The position numbers and the translations under genes are program-made. Positions 11,656 through 25,315 of a stretch of DNA of 53,045 nt are shown here, piece after piece. A model generated the notes under the pieces. The model saw only the letters and a list, made by a program, of their open reading frames with translations. It did no database searches and was not told the DNA's origin. Source of the DNA: Catajapyx aquilonaris (lineage: Eukaryota); assembly GCA_000934665.2 (NCBI GenBank), contig JYFJ02002789.1, forward strand, positions 1 to 53,045, written 5' to 3'. Within the stretch, counting starts at the first letter, position 1. Every line of letters begins with the position of its first letter.

Positions 11656-13686
11656 TACGACTTACTATTTGGAACAAATAATGTTGCAATTTGTGATGTC
11701 CACAGGTCGAAAAGACATGATAGACACCAGTGGACTGTCCACAACGGACTCTATGGAAGCTACGTTACCGATACACAATACTAAAGGTTTTTCTGAGTCC
11801 GAATTGCAACAATTCCGTCCACGCAGCACGGATCATGTAGCATGTGAACCCCTCTACTCCCCTTGTCAATGTGATGGGATTGGCTGCACCTGGGAGAGCT
11901 CATTTTCTCATTGGTAGAGCTGCCTTTGAGTTGCAGCGCGGCTTAAGGAAAGCGGTTTTGGTAAACTGCGCTGTAGGATAATTATGCACAGAAGAAATAT
12001 GCCGCAGATCCTTGCGCATCGCTTTTCCTAATACTACAGGCCCAAATGGGCCGCTGTTTTAATAATGAACAAACGAATCAGTGTACTTTTTTTTAAATAT
12101 TACAAACATTAAAATATCAGATGATCAATTTGACAACAATATCGGCCATCCATTTATATTGTTATACTGTACAATGACATTCGATCTAACGTTCCAGAAG
12201 GTATAAGAACTACGCAAATCCGGCGTACACTTCGGCTATAAATCCATGTAAGGATCCGGTATACACTAAATTTATCAGTTGTTGCCCATTTGGTAGATGC
12301 TGACGTACTGCAATGGTCACCCCTAAAAAAATACCAGGCCATTTTTCATATTAGTTCCAGTTCACTCTCACATTTTGTTGATATAAAACGTAAGACAAAG
12401 GCCATAGGAGAGGTCAGGCGGGGCAGCGTGTTCAGGTAAAAATATAAGTGCTGGGCGTGCTGCGAGTTTCAGATTACCAGGAAATCGTAACATTTCTGAC
12501 GTGATGGTGTAACAGTCGATGGGTTGTGGAGGCAAAGGACGACTTTTGCACGTTGGTTTCTCTCTTTGACCTATAGAGAGCGGATTTCTGGGAAAATGTA
12601 CGGGTTGCACCACTGAATGTACATGTATAGATTGACGACAAAATTTATCTCTAAAGACAACAAATTGAGGGGTGCGATGGAAAAACGTGACAACCCAAAA
12701 AGGTGCAATTTTTCAGGAGAGCAAATTGAAGTTTGCACTCTTATGACAAATCATATTGGTGCATATTGTATAGCAAAGCATGTAGAAAATCATTCCGATA
12801 AATAATACTATTACTATTTGAGCAGATAAGTCGTTAGTAGTCTGTTCAAAACCCAACATAATTATATGAACCTATAACATACAGACTCATTCCCTATGGG
12901 AGCAGAGCACGCAAATATTTTGGTAATGGCATCAAAAACCTTCCATTCGTAATGGTCTTTTTAAATGCCAGAATGAACCCGGTTCTATCATCTAAACAGT
13001 GGTATCGTCAGAGACTGCGGGACTAAAATAAAAGGAAAGGACCTAAAGCTTCCTCGTTACAAAACGAGCTCGACTTGGGATTCCTTTGTCCAAAGTCCCG
13101 GGAAATATGGCCAGCAGCCACAGTTGGACAGCAAGCTTAGCGGCGTGAATGGTTGGATACGTCTCAGAAGTGATCCAGTAGCAAACTCGTCATTTGTCTC
13201 TTGCAAATGGGACGACTGCAAAGCCTGTTTTAATGAGTAGAAGCTTTGATCCGATGGCTTGTGCTCCGTATCGTTCGTATAATTAAGGCACCCGTAAGTC
13301 TGAACAAAACTTGGCTCTAACTCTGCTGTGGTCCAGAAGCAGAACCCTGGGCTTCCAATTCTCATGCTTTTTTTTCTGATGGTGGGGGGGGGGGGGTGTC
13401 GGCCTTTGTAATGGCGACATAATGCAATGACCGCAGACATCGTAAAAGTAACTTATTGCATAGAGTACAAAAAAAAATCGATTTGCAAACCTGCTGTTGT
13501 GAATTACGGTACAGAAAAGTGTCTAAAACTGGCGAAGTTGCCCAGTAGCAATTTTAAAACCCATTGTCGGCATACAAGGGAAATCCGCTAATCCAATAAA
13601 CCAGTTTTGATATCAAGTGAATACAGAAAATCCTAGTTTGCTGGCTCGCTATTATCTACTGGAATTCACCATAAGATGGAACTTAC

Positions 13687-13874
13687 TGTAGGTTTTTAGC
13701 TGTGCAAGGGGAGCACCTGCTGGCTTCATAGGCGGTGGTGTCTTGACCAATGGCCTGGTCGCTGGTCCAGGTCCAGGTCCAGGTCCAGGTCCAGGAGGGA
13801 CCATCAGGCGTGCTCTTTTCAAGGGGGGAACCCATCTGTGTGGTCCGGGGGCGAAAGATGCAGACGCATAATAG
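13687..13874 (-). CDS. HNRNPC-like: Coding exon (188 nt, phase 2 to 1), same gene; NLS-like PPLKRARL and Pro/Gly-rich linker
   Basis: cattctttttttatag|C TAT TAT GCG ... AAA ACC TAC A|gtaagt. 62 open codons: YYASASFAPGPHRWVPPLKRARLMVPPGPGPGPGPGPATRPLVKTPPPMKPAGAPLAQLKTY. VPPLKRARL parallels the hnRNP C NLS VPSKRQRV. Confidence 0.9.
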
Positions 13875-15606
13875 CTATAAAAAAAAGAATGAAGTCATTA
13901 TTGCAAATTACACGTGCAATTATTAGAGTACCCACAACAGACCTATAGCAGCACTCAAAAAATGGAGAGTGCGCTTTATTGGCTACACCATGGATATGAA
14001 CAGCAACTGTTTTAATCAACTGGTCCTGGAAGTGTCTGGTAAATGTAAACACCATGACATGCAGCATTGAGATCCGACAGGGTGTCAATCAATCATTTTC
14101 AAAACTGGACATGCTTCAATGTTGTAGTTTTCCGCTTGCGTGCTATTTAGCGGCGAAACACACACAGAGACGTCGGTTATGAAAATTAATATAACGCTTT
14201 TATAATATTCACCACATTGCATGGTCTATATTGTCAGCTCATTTGAATCAGTGCCACACAATAAGCTGTGTGTTGTGTTTGTTAACCCTTGTGTGCGCCG
14301 CCAATGCCGAGTGCTAATTGTCAGGCAGGCAGTTACTTTGGGGCGAACAAGTCCAGGCAAGATTTACGCCAGGATCTAATTTAGCAAGAATCATGACTGG
14401 TTGAGAAGGCAAGGAAGGCGGTGGGAGGTTTATAGATAAAGTAGAATAAAGACTTCCTTTCAGAAAGTGCATGTCGGAGAGACTTGTTTTACTGCACCTC
14501 CAGGCTCATTAGCGTTATTACCGATATAAAGTTACGAGTGTTTCGGGATTAATTCTCTTAAAGATAACGGTAGCGAGCGAGTTAAGTCCAGATGCATCTT
14601 CCGAAAGGATAATTTTGGCAGTCATCGCTGTGTACACTATCCCCCCCCCCCCCAACTATAGGTTCGCGTAGGAACTAAACAAATATTGACCCATACCGGC
14701 GTTTAACCGGTACAAAATGACGCGCCAACTCTTTGTTCCAGGCTATATACAGTAGATGTAAAAACAGTTATTAGAGTTATGATTTATGCGGAGGAAATAT
14801 AGGATTTAGAAGGCTTTTTACAACTGAACTGCCTAAGGCCATATTGTTGCAATTCAAATGAAGCCGAAAATTTCTGATTGCACTTACGGTTTTCCTAAAT
14901 TTTTGCTGATAAAATATTTTGATAAATTCTTTGATTAGGTGTAAATCGACACTCAGTTGATACACAGAAAGTGACAAAAGTATTGTGACTGACATATTGA
15001 TTAAGAGCTGAAGAAATTTTTTTCCCCCCGCGGAATTTCCGATTTCTGCAAAATCGACCCGCATTTTGAGGCTGAGTGCATGATTGTGAAGTCTAAGTTG
15101 AGCCCCTGCTTTGTTGACGTGGCCATGAGTTACCGTCCCTCCAGTTTGCACATGCCCGGCAGTGGCGTTTTGGGACGCTTTGATTGCCAAAAGATTCCCT
15201 CCTCCCCCCTCCTCCCCCTTCCTTTTAGCCGCACTCTCCTTCACATCCTCCCCATCTCTATTCGGGCAAAAGTTGGTTTTCAAAATTCAATTTGACGGTG
15301 GGAAAGTTTGTGCGTCTCCTCCTCCTCCTCCTCCTCCTCCTCTCTCGCTCCTTCCTCAGCAAGCCAAGGCGGTGGCGCTTGAAGCCACGCTGACAAACAT
15401 TGCTCCCCACGAATAAAATTATTTTCCACTATACTTCCCCTAGAGTTCCCACACCTACGAAGCTGCAGGGGCACCCAACTTTCAGAGCCACCAAAAACTT
15501 TTGTCCCACAAGATGTAAGAAAATGTTTTTGTACCTAGTGAAACAACGCAGTGAAACAGTGAGGTCAGCTGACCACCTTGCTGCCGTTCCAAGAGAAACA
15601 CCATAT

Positions 15607-15720
15607 CTCCAAAACGAGTAAGGGTGAAAGTCGCATGCATGCCTGTATACTAATCCCTCCTGAATCAGGAGGGATTAGTGCAGGGCATGTATGCGACTTT
15701 CACCCTTACTAGTTTTGGAG
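15607..15720. repeat. 114-bp near-perfect palindrome with almost no spacer
   Basis: CTCCAAAAC.AGTAAGGGTGAAAGTCGCAT...CTAATCCCTCCTGA-A-TCAGGAGGGATTAG...ATGCGACTTTCACCCTTACT.GTTTTGGAG. Confidence 0.9.
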
Positions 15721-15729
15721 TTTTTTTTT

Positions 15730-16356
15730 GTACCTCGTGCTAGGGGTGCTTAGGAGAGTGGAATACCACCACCAGGTGCAGGGGACAGGATAGGGATAAT
15801 GAGGGAGGGACACTGGTGCAAGTGCAATGTCTCAAGTTGGGGGTCGTGTGCAGTGGCGGATCCAGGAATTTTTTTCTGGGGGGGGGGGGNATAAAGACCT
15901 GTGCAGACAGGCGTCTTTGGGCCCCCACGACCCCAAAACGGAAAAGAACCCATAGACCAGTGCAATTTTTCACTGTTCTAGAGGGTTTTTGCGAGTTCCC
16001 CCGCCCATTTTTTTTCTTTTTCCCCGGTTTTTCCAGCGGGGAGGGGGGGACATGCCCCCGTACCCCCCCCCCCCCCTAAATCCGCCACTGGTCGTGTGCA
16101 ATCCCTCAGGGGGCCCGTTCGCCAAGATGACTCCTGGACGCGGGTCTGAAACACCCACCGACACCGCGCCTCCTCATGGACGGGACAAGGATAGGACAGG
16201 AAGGAAGCGGCTGTGGCCTATTATTTAGGAAGCAATCCCGGAATTCTCCTGGGGGGACCGTGGGAAACCACAGAAAACTGCCGGCCCCGGGACTCGAACC
16301 CAGGACCTCCCGATTAGCAGTCGAACACCTTATCCACTCCACCAAACTGCTTCGGT
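15730..16356 (-). mobile_element. tRNA-derived SINE, family 1 copy B (longest; A-tail at 15721-15729), interrupted by a hAT MITE
   Basis: Same head, B-box (GGTTCGAGTCC) and core as copies A and C. Ends GTGGTATTCCAC...CTAGCACGAGGTAC followed by an A run. Confidence 0.82.
15851..16090. mobile_element. hAT-type MITE, 240 bp, 8-bp TSD
   Basis: GTCGTGTG|CAGTGGCGGA...TCCGCCACTG|GTCGTGTG, with TSDs at 15843-15850 and 16091-16098 and G/C-run subtermini. Confidence 0.92.
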
Positions 16357-18180
16357 TAGTTTTGGAGATATAATAGGGTGTTTCTCCTTGGAACGGCAGC
16401 TTGTGGAACATTAGCATCTACCAACCTCAGTCAGATATGATATACGAGTAGTTCAGACTAACTTAGAGGGTGACCTTCTGGGTGGCTTAGGATTATTGCA
16501 ATGAGATGGCTTTTCAACAGAAATTCATCAGTGCTGATTGTTGGAGGGTGAGATGCTCAATAGTCCGCAGTCGCAAGCCGCTGCTAATAAGCAATCATGC
16601 CCAAGACGCTATCAAAGTCCGGGGAAAGAAGAAGATTGGAACTCGCACTCGACGTCTCAAAGTCGGGATTGGTAGACTAGTAGTTGTAACCAATGAGTGA
16701 CTGAAAATTTGCGACATAGGAATTTTTGCTGGGTTTGCGCGTAACTGGTTTTATCATTGTAAACAGGTAGCAAATTTGATAATAATTTAAATTTGGCATC
16801 AACGCATTGCTTTTTAAGAGTAACTTACATAATTATTTCCATGAATTGTACATGAATTACCGTCAAATGGGGTGAGATTGTGACACCGCATTTTTGGACA
16901 ACAGTGCGCCCTACTGGCAGCAAGCAAATTGAGGCATATTTCACTACATTGAGGGATAGTCAAGTTTGACAATGACAAGTCAAATTCGCGGTAGACACTG
17001 GTGAAAAAAAACGTTGGCACAATCTCACCCCATTTGATGGTACGTCTAATTATTTGCTGCTGCAAAAATTTCCAAAACAAATTGTGACAGCACAAATAGT
17101 GCTCTACCAACCCATTCAAAATTTAGATGACCCTCGATAGACTATTCTGTGTGTAGCCCCATCCTTCTTTGTGATTGTTAAATTGCTTTCAAGTAAGGAG
17201 ATTGTTTTGTCAACGAGGTCAGGTGAGCTCGAAGGGGGGATATCAGAGGCGGGACTCATCGTTATTGAAAAAAAAGAACTTTATCGAGATACGTGCTATA
17301 TATTATTCTACGGCCAATGCCATTACGGAATTGCGAGGCTAATCGCATCCAACCCTGAGTATCAGTTTGATTATAAATGCTCTTTAATTTCCCCGCCTTC
17401 TAACTCAGCCATCGGTGTATTTGTCACATTTTCTCTCCTGGCCTCACAGCTAGGGATGAAACAGGAGAAAATAAGTGGATAATATCGGGTGTAATCAGGA
17501 TAAGTGGGAAATAAACCCCTTTTGAGATCTTGGGAGCAAAATGAAAATTATTCTCCCGTGGCATATCATGCTTTGGGGTGTTGCCAGAGCTAAGCCGTTT
17601 AACAAGGCTTGTATTATTATCTCCATTTTCTGCTGCAATTCTTTTTGAAGTTGTCGTTAGCATAGCTCTGGCGATTACAGTATAATTATCATAAAAATTA
17701 CTACACTCCTGAAGGCAGATTGGTTAATATTCCCTTATGCACGTGATCAGTAGGCCTACATTTTAAAAAAAATTAATTACCTAATGGGTTTTGCATTAGT
17801 TGTGACTTCACCCACTAGATTACGGGGGTATTGCCTGCAGTGTTCAAAATACATTTGACTAATATTCCGTCAAAGGGGGAGATGAAGTGTAAGGTAAGTT
17901 AAGGTGAAGATGACGGTAAGTTAATATTTCGATAACCACATTAATGAAGGTAGTAAATACGAGTTGACGGTTTTTAAATCTGCATTTGTTCTTGAGCTAT
18001 GGCCCAATTTATGAAAAAGGGGGACTTGAGGAGGAGAGATTGTGCCATTGTTTTTTCCAATTATTTCACTGATTTTCATGTGTGACAGTAATGAGAGGAG
18101 TTTATCTGAAGAAGATCGGTGGGAGTCTTTGGGGGAAATCAAGTCCAACATTCTGCGATGAAAAAAGGAGTAGATAATTG

Positions 18181-18489
18181 GGAAAGAGTAACCCCAACTG
18201 GCGTGTGGGAGGCGGCAGGGTGAGTGGTGGCTGGGGGCAGCTTGGCTGTATCGCAAAGGCAAGGATGCAAAGATTGATTTTTTGGGATTTTGAAAGGGGT
18301 ATGCTGTACCAACCTAACATAACCAAGCCTAACCTTCCTTCCTTGCGGATACAGACCTATCTTCAGCCATACAGACCTATCTTCAGCGGATACACGCCTA
18401 TCCTTTATCCTTGCCTTTGCGACACAGCCCGCTGCCCCCACCGACTACTACCCTCCCGCCTCCCGCCGCCAGTAAGGTCAACTGTATCC
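18181..18489. mobile_element. MITE with ~85-bp diverged TIRs and 8-bp TSD (MULE-like)
   Basis: GATAATTG at 18173-18180 and 18490-18497. GG...CC ends. Arms contain GGCTGTATCGCAAAGGCAAGGAT / ATCCTTGCCTTTGCGACACAGCC. Internal AACCTAAC motifs and ATACAGACCTATCTTCAGC x2. Confidence 0.75.
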
Positions 18490-21400
18490 GATAATTGGAT
18501 GTAACAAAAATAATAATGCAACCAGCGCCACTAGTCGCGGCGACGAAAGAGAACATCGAACTTGATCGAACCGACTGCGACCGAGGCGCCTATACGTCGT
18601 TAAAAACACTAACCAAAATTATTTAAAAACCAGAAAAGTGTTCCGTCTTTCTGCCCTTGCCAACTGCAAAAAATCTGTACGACCGACCCAATTTTGCAAA
18701 AACAAAACTCATTGTCCGCATCGCTGTTACGCCATCCTGATCGGTCAAGAAAGGCCATGAATGTTGAAACTGAAGCCATCACAAGGTGACAACATGCAGG
18801 TAAGGCATAAGGTCCCAGATGGGACGACGCACAGGACCAGAGGACGTGTACCTCGTCGACACCTGCCATCACTCCCTACCTATAACCAGTTCTCCGGACA
18901 TGACGCGCCCCCTGACGTGTCCTCCCAAGGGAAGACCCCGGATTATGAAAAGAAAAACGCATCTTTCGTCAAGGCAGGTGAAGTGATGCGGAGCCACCAT
19001 GCCTTGCGACCTGTGTATTGACAAAACTGGGGCCCGGGGTAGGGGGGGGGGGGCTTGCATATATNGCTTGCATATATGACATAGCTTAGTCGAGTCAATT
19101 AGCGACTCTTAGCAGGAGTCTCTACAGGTCTCGAGAGAATAATTTTTATTGCAGAGTAATGCTTTCCATGCATAATGCAAGCGCTTGGAATTTGGCAAAA
19201 CAAAGTAATGGGAGTCGTAAAAGGGCGGGAAGTGCTGGAATACAACACAATATGTCATTTTTATCCCCCAGACTAGTGCGGTTGGAAGGTGAGGAATTTC
19301 CAAAACAGTCATCCTCTGTTCTCCCTCAGGAATTGCCAATGTACGGGGGTTACTAAAACATACTGGCACGGATTCTCAGGCTTGGTGCTTTTGTGCGTAT
19401 ATTGCTCCATTTTGCGCAGGTATATAGTGCTGGTTACATACGCGCGTCATAAGCTACGTCTATACGTGGTGTAAAGGGACGCAATGTAGACTGGCTCGTT
19501 TTACGATGCATTTTTTTTGTTTATATGAGCCATATTTGTGCCTATTTTCTATGAGATAGTAGCCTGGATTATTTACTGCATTAACCGTCGTTTTCACTTG
19601 CCTGGAACAATAATTGCATCAACAAAATTTATATCAGCACATAAAACGGAAGGGAAGAGGCATTTTATAGTTTAAAATGTACTGTTTGTAAACACTAGTG
19701 CTGCTTGAATCAGAGTGTGTATAAGAATCATTTATAATATTGTCAAGAAAGCAGATGAAAGTGAAAGGCGGCGAGAAAGAAATAGCAAGGGCGTATTAGA
19801 ATGATAACAGATGCCTAAATCGATACATTTAAATTTATAGAAAATTAAAAATGGGTATTTGTAAACATTAGTAACAATGCATGCATTAATAAAATGGTGC
19901 AGTTATTAAAATTAAATACATGTATTATATTGCGTAATGGTACAGTATCAATTAAGTAACAAATTGCAACCTATCGTAGTCCATGATTGTCCAACCTAAC
20001 ACCGACCTAAAATACCATTCTGAAATTGGGTATTTGAGTGAGCCAATTTAAAAAGCTATTAGCCACAGTAATTAAGACTGAAAAGGTCTGCAATTCAGCT
20101 CAGTAATTTCCCCCTTGTAATTTCGGGGAAAACATCACCAATTACCAAAACTTTCATATGCCAAATGTGTAATGTTGGAATTGGGGGAACAAAACTACAC
20201 ATATGTGTACACCGGATTATTACAACACGTCACACACATGAAACAGGGGGAAACTGCATGTGTCAAGCTGTCAAGCAGACTAAATTTGATGTGCGATATA
20301 TGGCCCCCGTTATTCCTCCCCCATCCCCCTTTTTTTACCCCCATCTATGTAAGCATCACAGTTCTGTAAGCACTCTTAAATGTTACATATTCACAGCGGA
20401 AATGAGGAAAGGGGATTTTATATTTAGATTGGAGTTAAGCCATGAAGTAATCCCATCGTTGCCAAAGGAAGATGCATGATTACCGCACAGCTCCTGTCAA
20501 TCTTCAAATCTCCATTCCCCTGAACAAAGAAGCATTTTCCCTTCTACTTTTCTCCTTTTGGATCACTCTAGCTGAAGACTTATCTCACTCTCACCAATGA
20601 ACCAAAGTCGAATTTGTGTCTCGGGTCGGAACCCCAACCTATCAAGAACCATTCTTTTTTTTTTAACCCAATCGGTCTCACCCTGCCTGAACGACCAGCT
20701 TTAATGACTTAGGGATTACTTATCAGGCTCTAACATAAAGATTTTCCTCCCCCATTCCTCCATGGTTGTGGCAAAGTCCCAAAATTCTGGAAAGTTGAAA
20801 CGGTGCCTGCAAAAAGTACGGGTTACGAGTCGAGATGTGGCTAGGTAAATCCAGCCGAAAAACCCTTCAGACTGATTCAAACTGGCAAAATGGCATTTAC
20901 TGCCCTGTTATTATTGCCTGAAACATAAAACATTGAATGTAGCTGCGAATTTGCCAAACATACCTACCAAATGAGATGCATTTTTGGGGAGTAGTCTGAA
21001 TTAATTTAGGACTGGAGTTCATTTGTTCTGAAGGATTTTTTTTTCTGTATAGGTATCAGATTTATCTATTATGTAGATATTGTTTCAGGGTCTTTATTAT
21101 CACTCCCACACGTTGAATGCTTGCTCTCTGATTTAATGGAGTGGATGATAGGGATTTGAGGCAATTCGGAGAAACGATTTTGGAATTGCTGAGAAGATTA
21201 TTGCGAAGCATTAAGATACCTATACCATTGATATTTTGAGCTTAGCAGGAATGTAATGAAGTAGTAGAAATGCAATTAGCGTCTCGAAAATGATAGCAGG
21301 AATTCTCTAGAGCGCGAGCATACCAAATCACGAGATACATCGTACCGGATCACAAATGAAATATTTATGACCCCATCGAAAATCCATTACACCTATTTTG

Positions 21401-22930
21401 GCAACACTGCAAAGGAAAAAAAAAGTATTATTGGTTGCCAACCTGGGTAGGTGATAAGCATGACCCATTCCCCTGAGCCGTTGCCAAAGCAGATCTAAAG
21501 GGACTTTCTGCCAGAGTGTCAGATTTCATCAGTGTTATATTATATCCTGGAAAAATAAACCATAACAGACGGTCAAAGTCAACCCATAGACACCCCCAAG
21601 TTTCGCTTAGTTTACAACAACGCATAATATGTCCATGCGTATTTACACGTAGGAAATTACTCGGAAAAACAAGCCACATTTGTAGCATTTTTGTTTAGAC
21701 GGTGTTTTTCTCATGGTTTGAGAGTGGATGTCAACTGAAGAGGAAGTTTACAGCCCTCTTGAAGAGTGTTAATCTGCTAGAACTACTCCAACATGGCGAC
21801 TACAAAATTCTTGGTCGTTTGTTGCGTCGTTTACTGGCTCAGTTAGAGTTCGTGGATGCTACACAAAACAGCCCTACAAATTGAACGAGGTTTTCTGATA
21901 TCGCTTTTTTATTATTTTTCTACGTGCACCGGCTGCACAGTGCATTTGGGAGCATCTTTGGATAGTTTGCAATATTTAAAACGCCATAATTTTCTTGATC
22001 CCTGCACGGCCACACCGATTTCCACATCGCTTTTTTTTCCCCCTTCCCTATCTCCAGGGTCCAGCATTCAACCTGTGTGGAATGACCATGAAATAAACAA
22101 CATCCCTGTAGTCCTGCAGCCAGGGGCAGAGCGGAGCAAATTATTTATTCAGTCGCACATTCTAACCCGGTTTTTCGGTTCACCGGCTTCTGACATGATA
22201 TATTTGGAACATTTTTTTTGTCGGTGTTGGGAGTACACCATCCAAATATCGTAAATTGAAGTAAATTATTGCAAATTTTGTAAATTCTTTTCCAAAACTT
22301 CACCGTAACTATGGGCATGTCACTAAAGCACTAATATTAAGCTCCAGCTAAAATGTGACTTACTACACTCCTTATGGATTATTTATTTTGTAGTAATGGA
22401 TTGATATCACTGGACTTCCTATTAATTTGCAAATTAGTAGACCAATGATGGGAACAACTACGAGGAGTCAAATTCCTTTATACAGTAGGCTAGTATGCAA
22501 ACATTCATAGCGGATATGATAATGAAAGTTCACGGTCCTAGAACACATCCTTTTTGCAGGCCAATTTGATAGTATGCAAAATTCGAATACGTAAAAACAT
22601 CATTCGTTGATATAAATTATTAAGGTCTAACTCGGATTAATCCTGAAAAAAATATGGATGAAATATTATTGGGTATTCAAATTACCGTATTATGCGGCGA
22701 GTAGAGCTCATTGTAAGCCACGTGAGGAGATGAAGAGCATTTGGTTAACCAAGCAGCGTTTTATGAACAGGTATAGAGCTGATTCCTAACTACTATTGCC
22801 CATGATCTCTACTTGAGCCAAGCGGTTCTGTGGTTATAGGGACGTGTTACTTTGAAAGGGAGCTTTAGAAACCCTTCCAGACCAGAAAATGTTACCAGAT
22901 GTCTCCAGTATATCTACCTTATGGCGCAAT

Positions 22931-22932
<2 letters not shown>

Positions 22933-22993
<61 letters not shown>
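22933..22993. repeat. (TAA)~20 microsatellite
   Basis: Direct reading. Confidence 0.95.
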
Positions 22994-22994
<1 letters not shown>

Positions 22995-25021
22995 TCTCAG
23001 TAGCAAACAATAGCATTTGTACAATACAATAAAATTAAAGATAGGAATACTAACTCGCCAAAAAGACAAAGAAGCGTCCATATTGCCTCCGAAAATGTCG
23101 CCAAAATAGTGGAAAACTTGCGTACCTTGAAACCAAAAACAGCGCTGAACTATTTTGGTCGGAATCGCACTTGGAAAGGAATTTGTGATTATAGCATACC
23201 ATGGCAGAGAGAGCGTGAACTAATGCTATGGTCCCCTCCCCTAAAAAAAAGACACACTTTGGAAATTTATTCTCACTTTGTAGCCAATCTGTGCGCAGTG
23301 CGACTGCAGTGCCGTTTTGTAACTAGCCTGCAGATATTTCACTGATATCTTCATGAAAGTCCCTCATTCCTAACGCTTCACATGCTTGTGCCATCAATCT
23401 CCAGCCTGGCATATTTCATTGCCATGCATTTAATGTCCCGCTCGCCGAAAGCCCCCAGCACGTAAAGAGGCACTTGCGCCATTAGAGTTATTGCCATGGC
23501 GACTAATCATTCGGGTGTTAATGAATTATTGCAACGTCAAGATCTTTCCAGAAGGGTGAGGAGTAGCAGCATATTGTAGAGTTTATGCTACCAATGCCGT
23601 TATTTAAAAAAAAATATGTCATGATAAAATATGCCATAAAAAGTAGAACGTCGTTTGAGAGCAGCTGTTGAGTAATAAGCAGTTGACGGTAGTAGAATAT
23701 TCGGGAGGTAAACAGGGGAAGGCGTCTGCTTGCCTCTTTAATCCATCGTTTTATCAGTAATCGCTCGTGAAATTGGTAATTACTGAGCCACCTTCTGAGG
23801 AAGGGCTCTGAGGTAGACTCTAAACTATGGTTGGCAGTAATTGATAGCTAAACTATGCACCTAAATTATATTTATTTCAATCCTGCGCCTGGAGGAGCTT
23901 GGCAAGATTGAGGCGCGTGCAGTGATATTGCTGCTATTTTAAGTATCAATAGGCGTTTCTTTTATTAAAATATTCATGGTAGAGTTAGTAATTTATTAGC
24001 GATGAAAAAATATGACTGCCATTCCGTCATATTTGGTAAACCCATATACTGTAGTCTTGTTACCATCGGATTTTAGAACCTCAGTGGGATTTCATATGAG
24101 ATATTTACTGCATGAGCCTACCTGAATTTCTTACGCTCCTTGCTGTGTCTGACCCACATAAAACTGAGGCAAATTTGTGCGACAATCCCATGATGCCCCA
24201 GCAGCGGCCATTACATTGCGCAGGGTTCATTTTTCCAAAGGGCAGTAATCTCAGTGGACACCAGTTCGGTTACAGTTATAGCATGCGCTCGGAATTCCAC
24301 TTCCCTGTGGAAAACGTCCTGTACCTAACTCTGCCGAGATATTCCCTCGGCCAGGGTGAATGAAATAAAACAAAACTCAACTGAACATAATGAATTTGTA
24401 GATTTCAAAAAAAGGGGGGAGCCCTACATACATGCGGCATATGCCTGTTCCCTGTGTGCATGTGGTCTCCATGACTGTAAGCATGGAATAATGAATAACT
24501 CATGGCTGCTGAGAGTTCAAATTGGCATGGATTTTACATGCAAGTTCAGAAAGTTTTTTTATAAACATTTTGTGACTTCTGAAAATTATTGGGCGACGTC
24601 AATAAATGAATGCTGCTAATGAAATTAAGTGATAATTACTTGGTGTATTAAGGGACAAACATGATATCTATGTACACTGTACAGTATCAATAAGTGGTGT
24701 CATTCCTCGCTTCTAACTACCCACCCACCCACTCTGAAGCCCACTTAGTTCTTGTGTTAGTATAACAACACCAGTCAACTCGAAATGCATTCCATGTTTC
24801 GTACAGGTTCAAAGGCTCTCATTTTACCAGCACCAAAATTTTTGAAAACACTACCACCTTTGTTAAATTACTGTCACACTGTAGCTGAATGCAAACTACA
24901 TTATAATACCCTGCTAATAACTCAGTTATTTTTAAATAATTATTATAGTACTCTAGTGGTTTCTAGCTGTACGTACAGGTATTTCTTTTCGAGAATACTC
25001 GCATATAATTATGTCATCCAG

Positions 25022-25315
25022 ACCGAAGCAGTGGCAGCGGAGGGGATATGGTATCCGACTGCTAATCGGGAGGTCCTGGGTTCGAATCCCGGGGGCCGCC
25101 GACCCTGACCGTGGTTTTCTGTGGTTTCCCATGGTCTCACCAGGAAAATTCCGGGGTCGTGTCCGTAATTATAGGCCACAGCCGCTTCCTTCCGTCCCTA
25201 TCCCATCCCCATATAAGAGAAGTAAAAACAAAAGTAAGCGTTCCAGATAAAAAATATGGTGGTATCCCACCCCCCCCCCCCTAAGAGGGCACATGGCTCT
25301 AGCACGGGGTACAAA
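25022..25315 (+). mobile_element. tRNA-derived SINE, family 1 copy C (opposite orientation to A and B)
   Basis: ACCGAAGCAGTGG...TCCGACTGCTAATCGGGAGGTCCTGGGTTCGAATCC...GGCCACAGCCGCTTCCTTCC...GGTGGTATCCCAC...CTAGCACGGGGTACAAA. Confidence 0.85.

Noticed and set aside
14888..14905. Possible second 18-nt microexon (tcag|...|gtaagt)
   Set aside because: Poor pyrimidine tract, AT-rich repeat-like context, and the flanking exons already join well without it.
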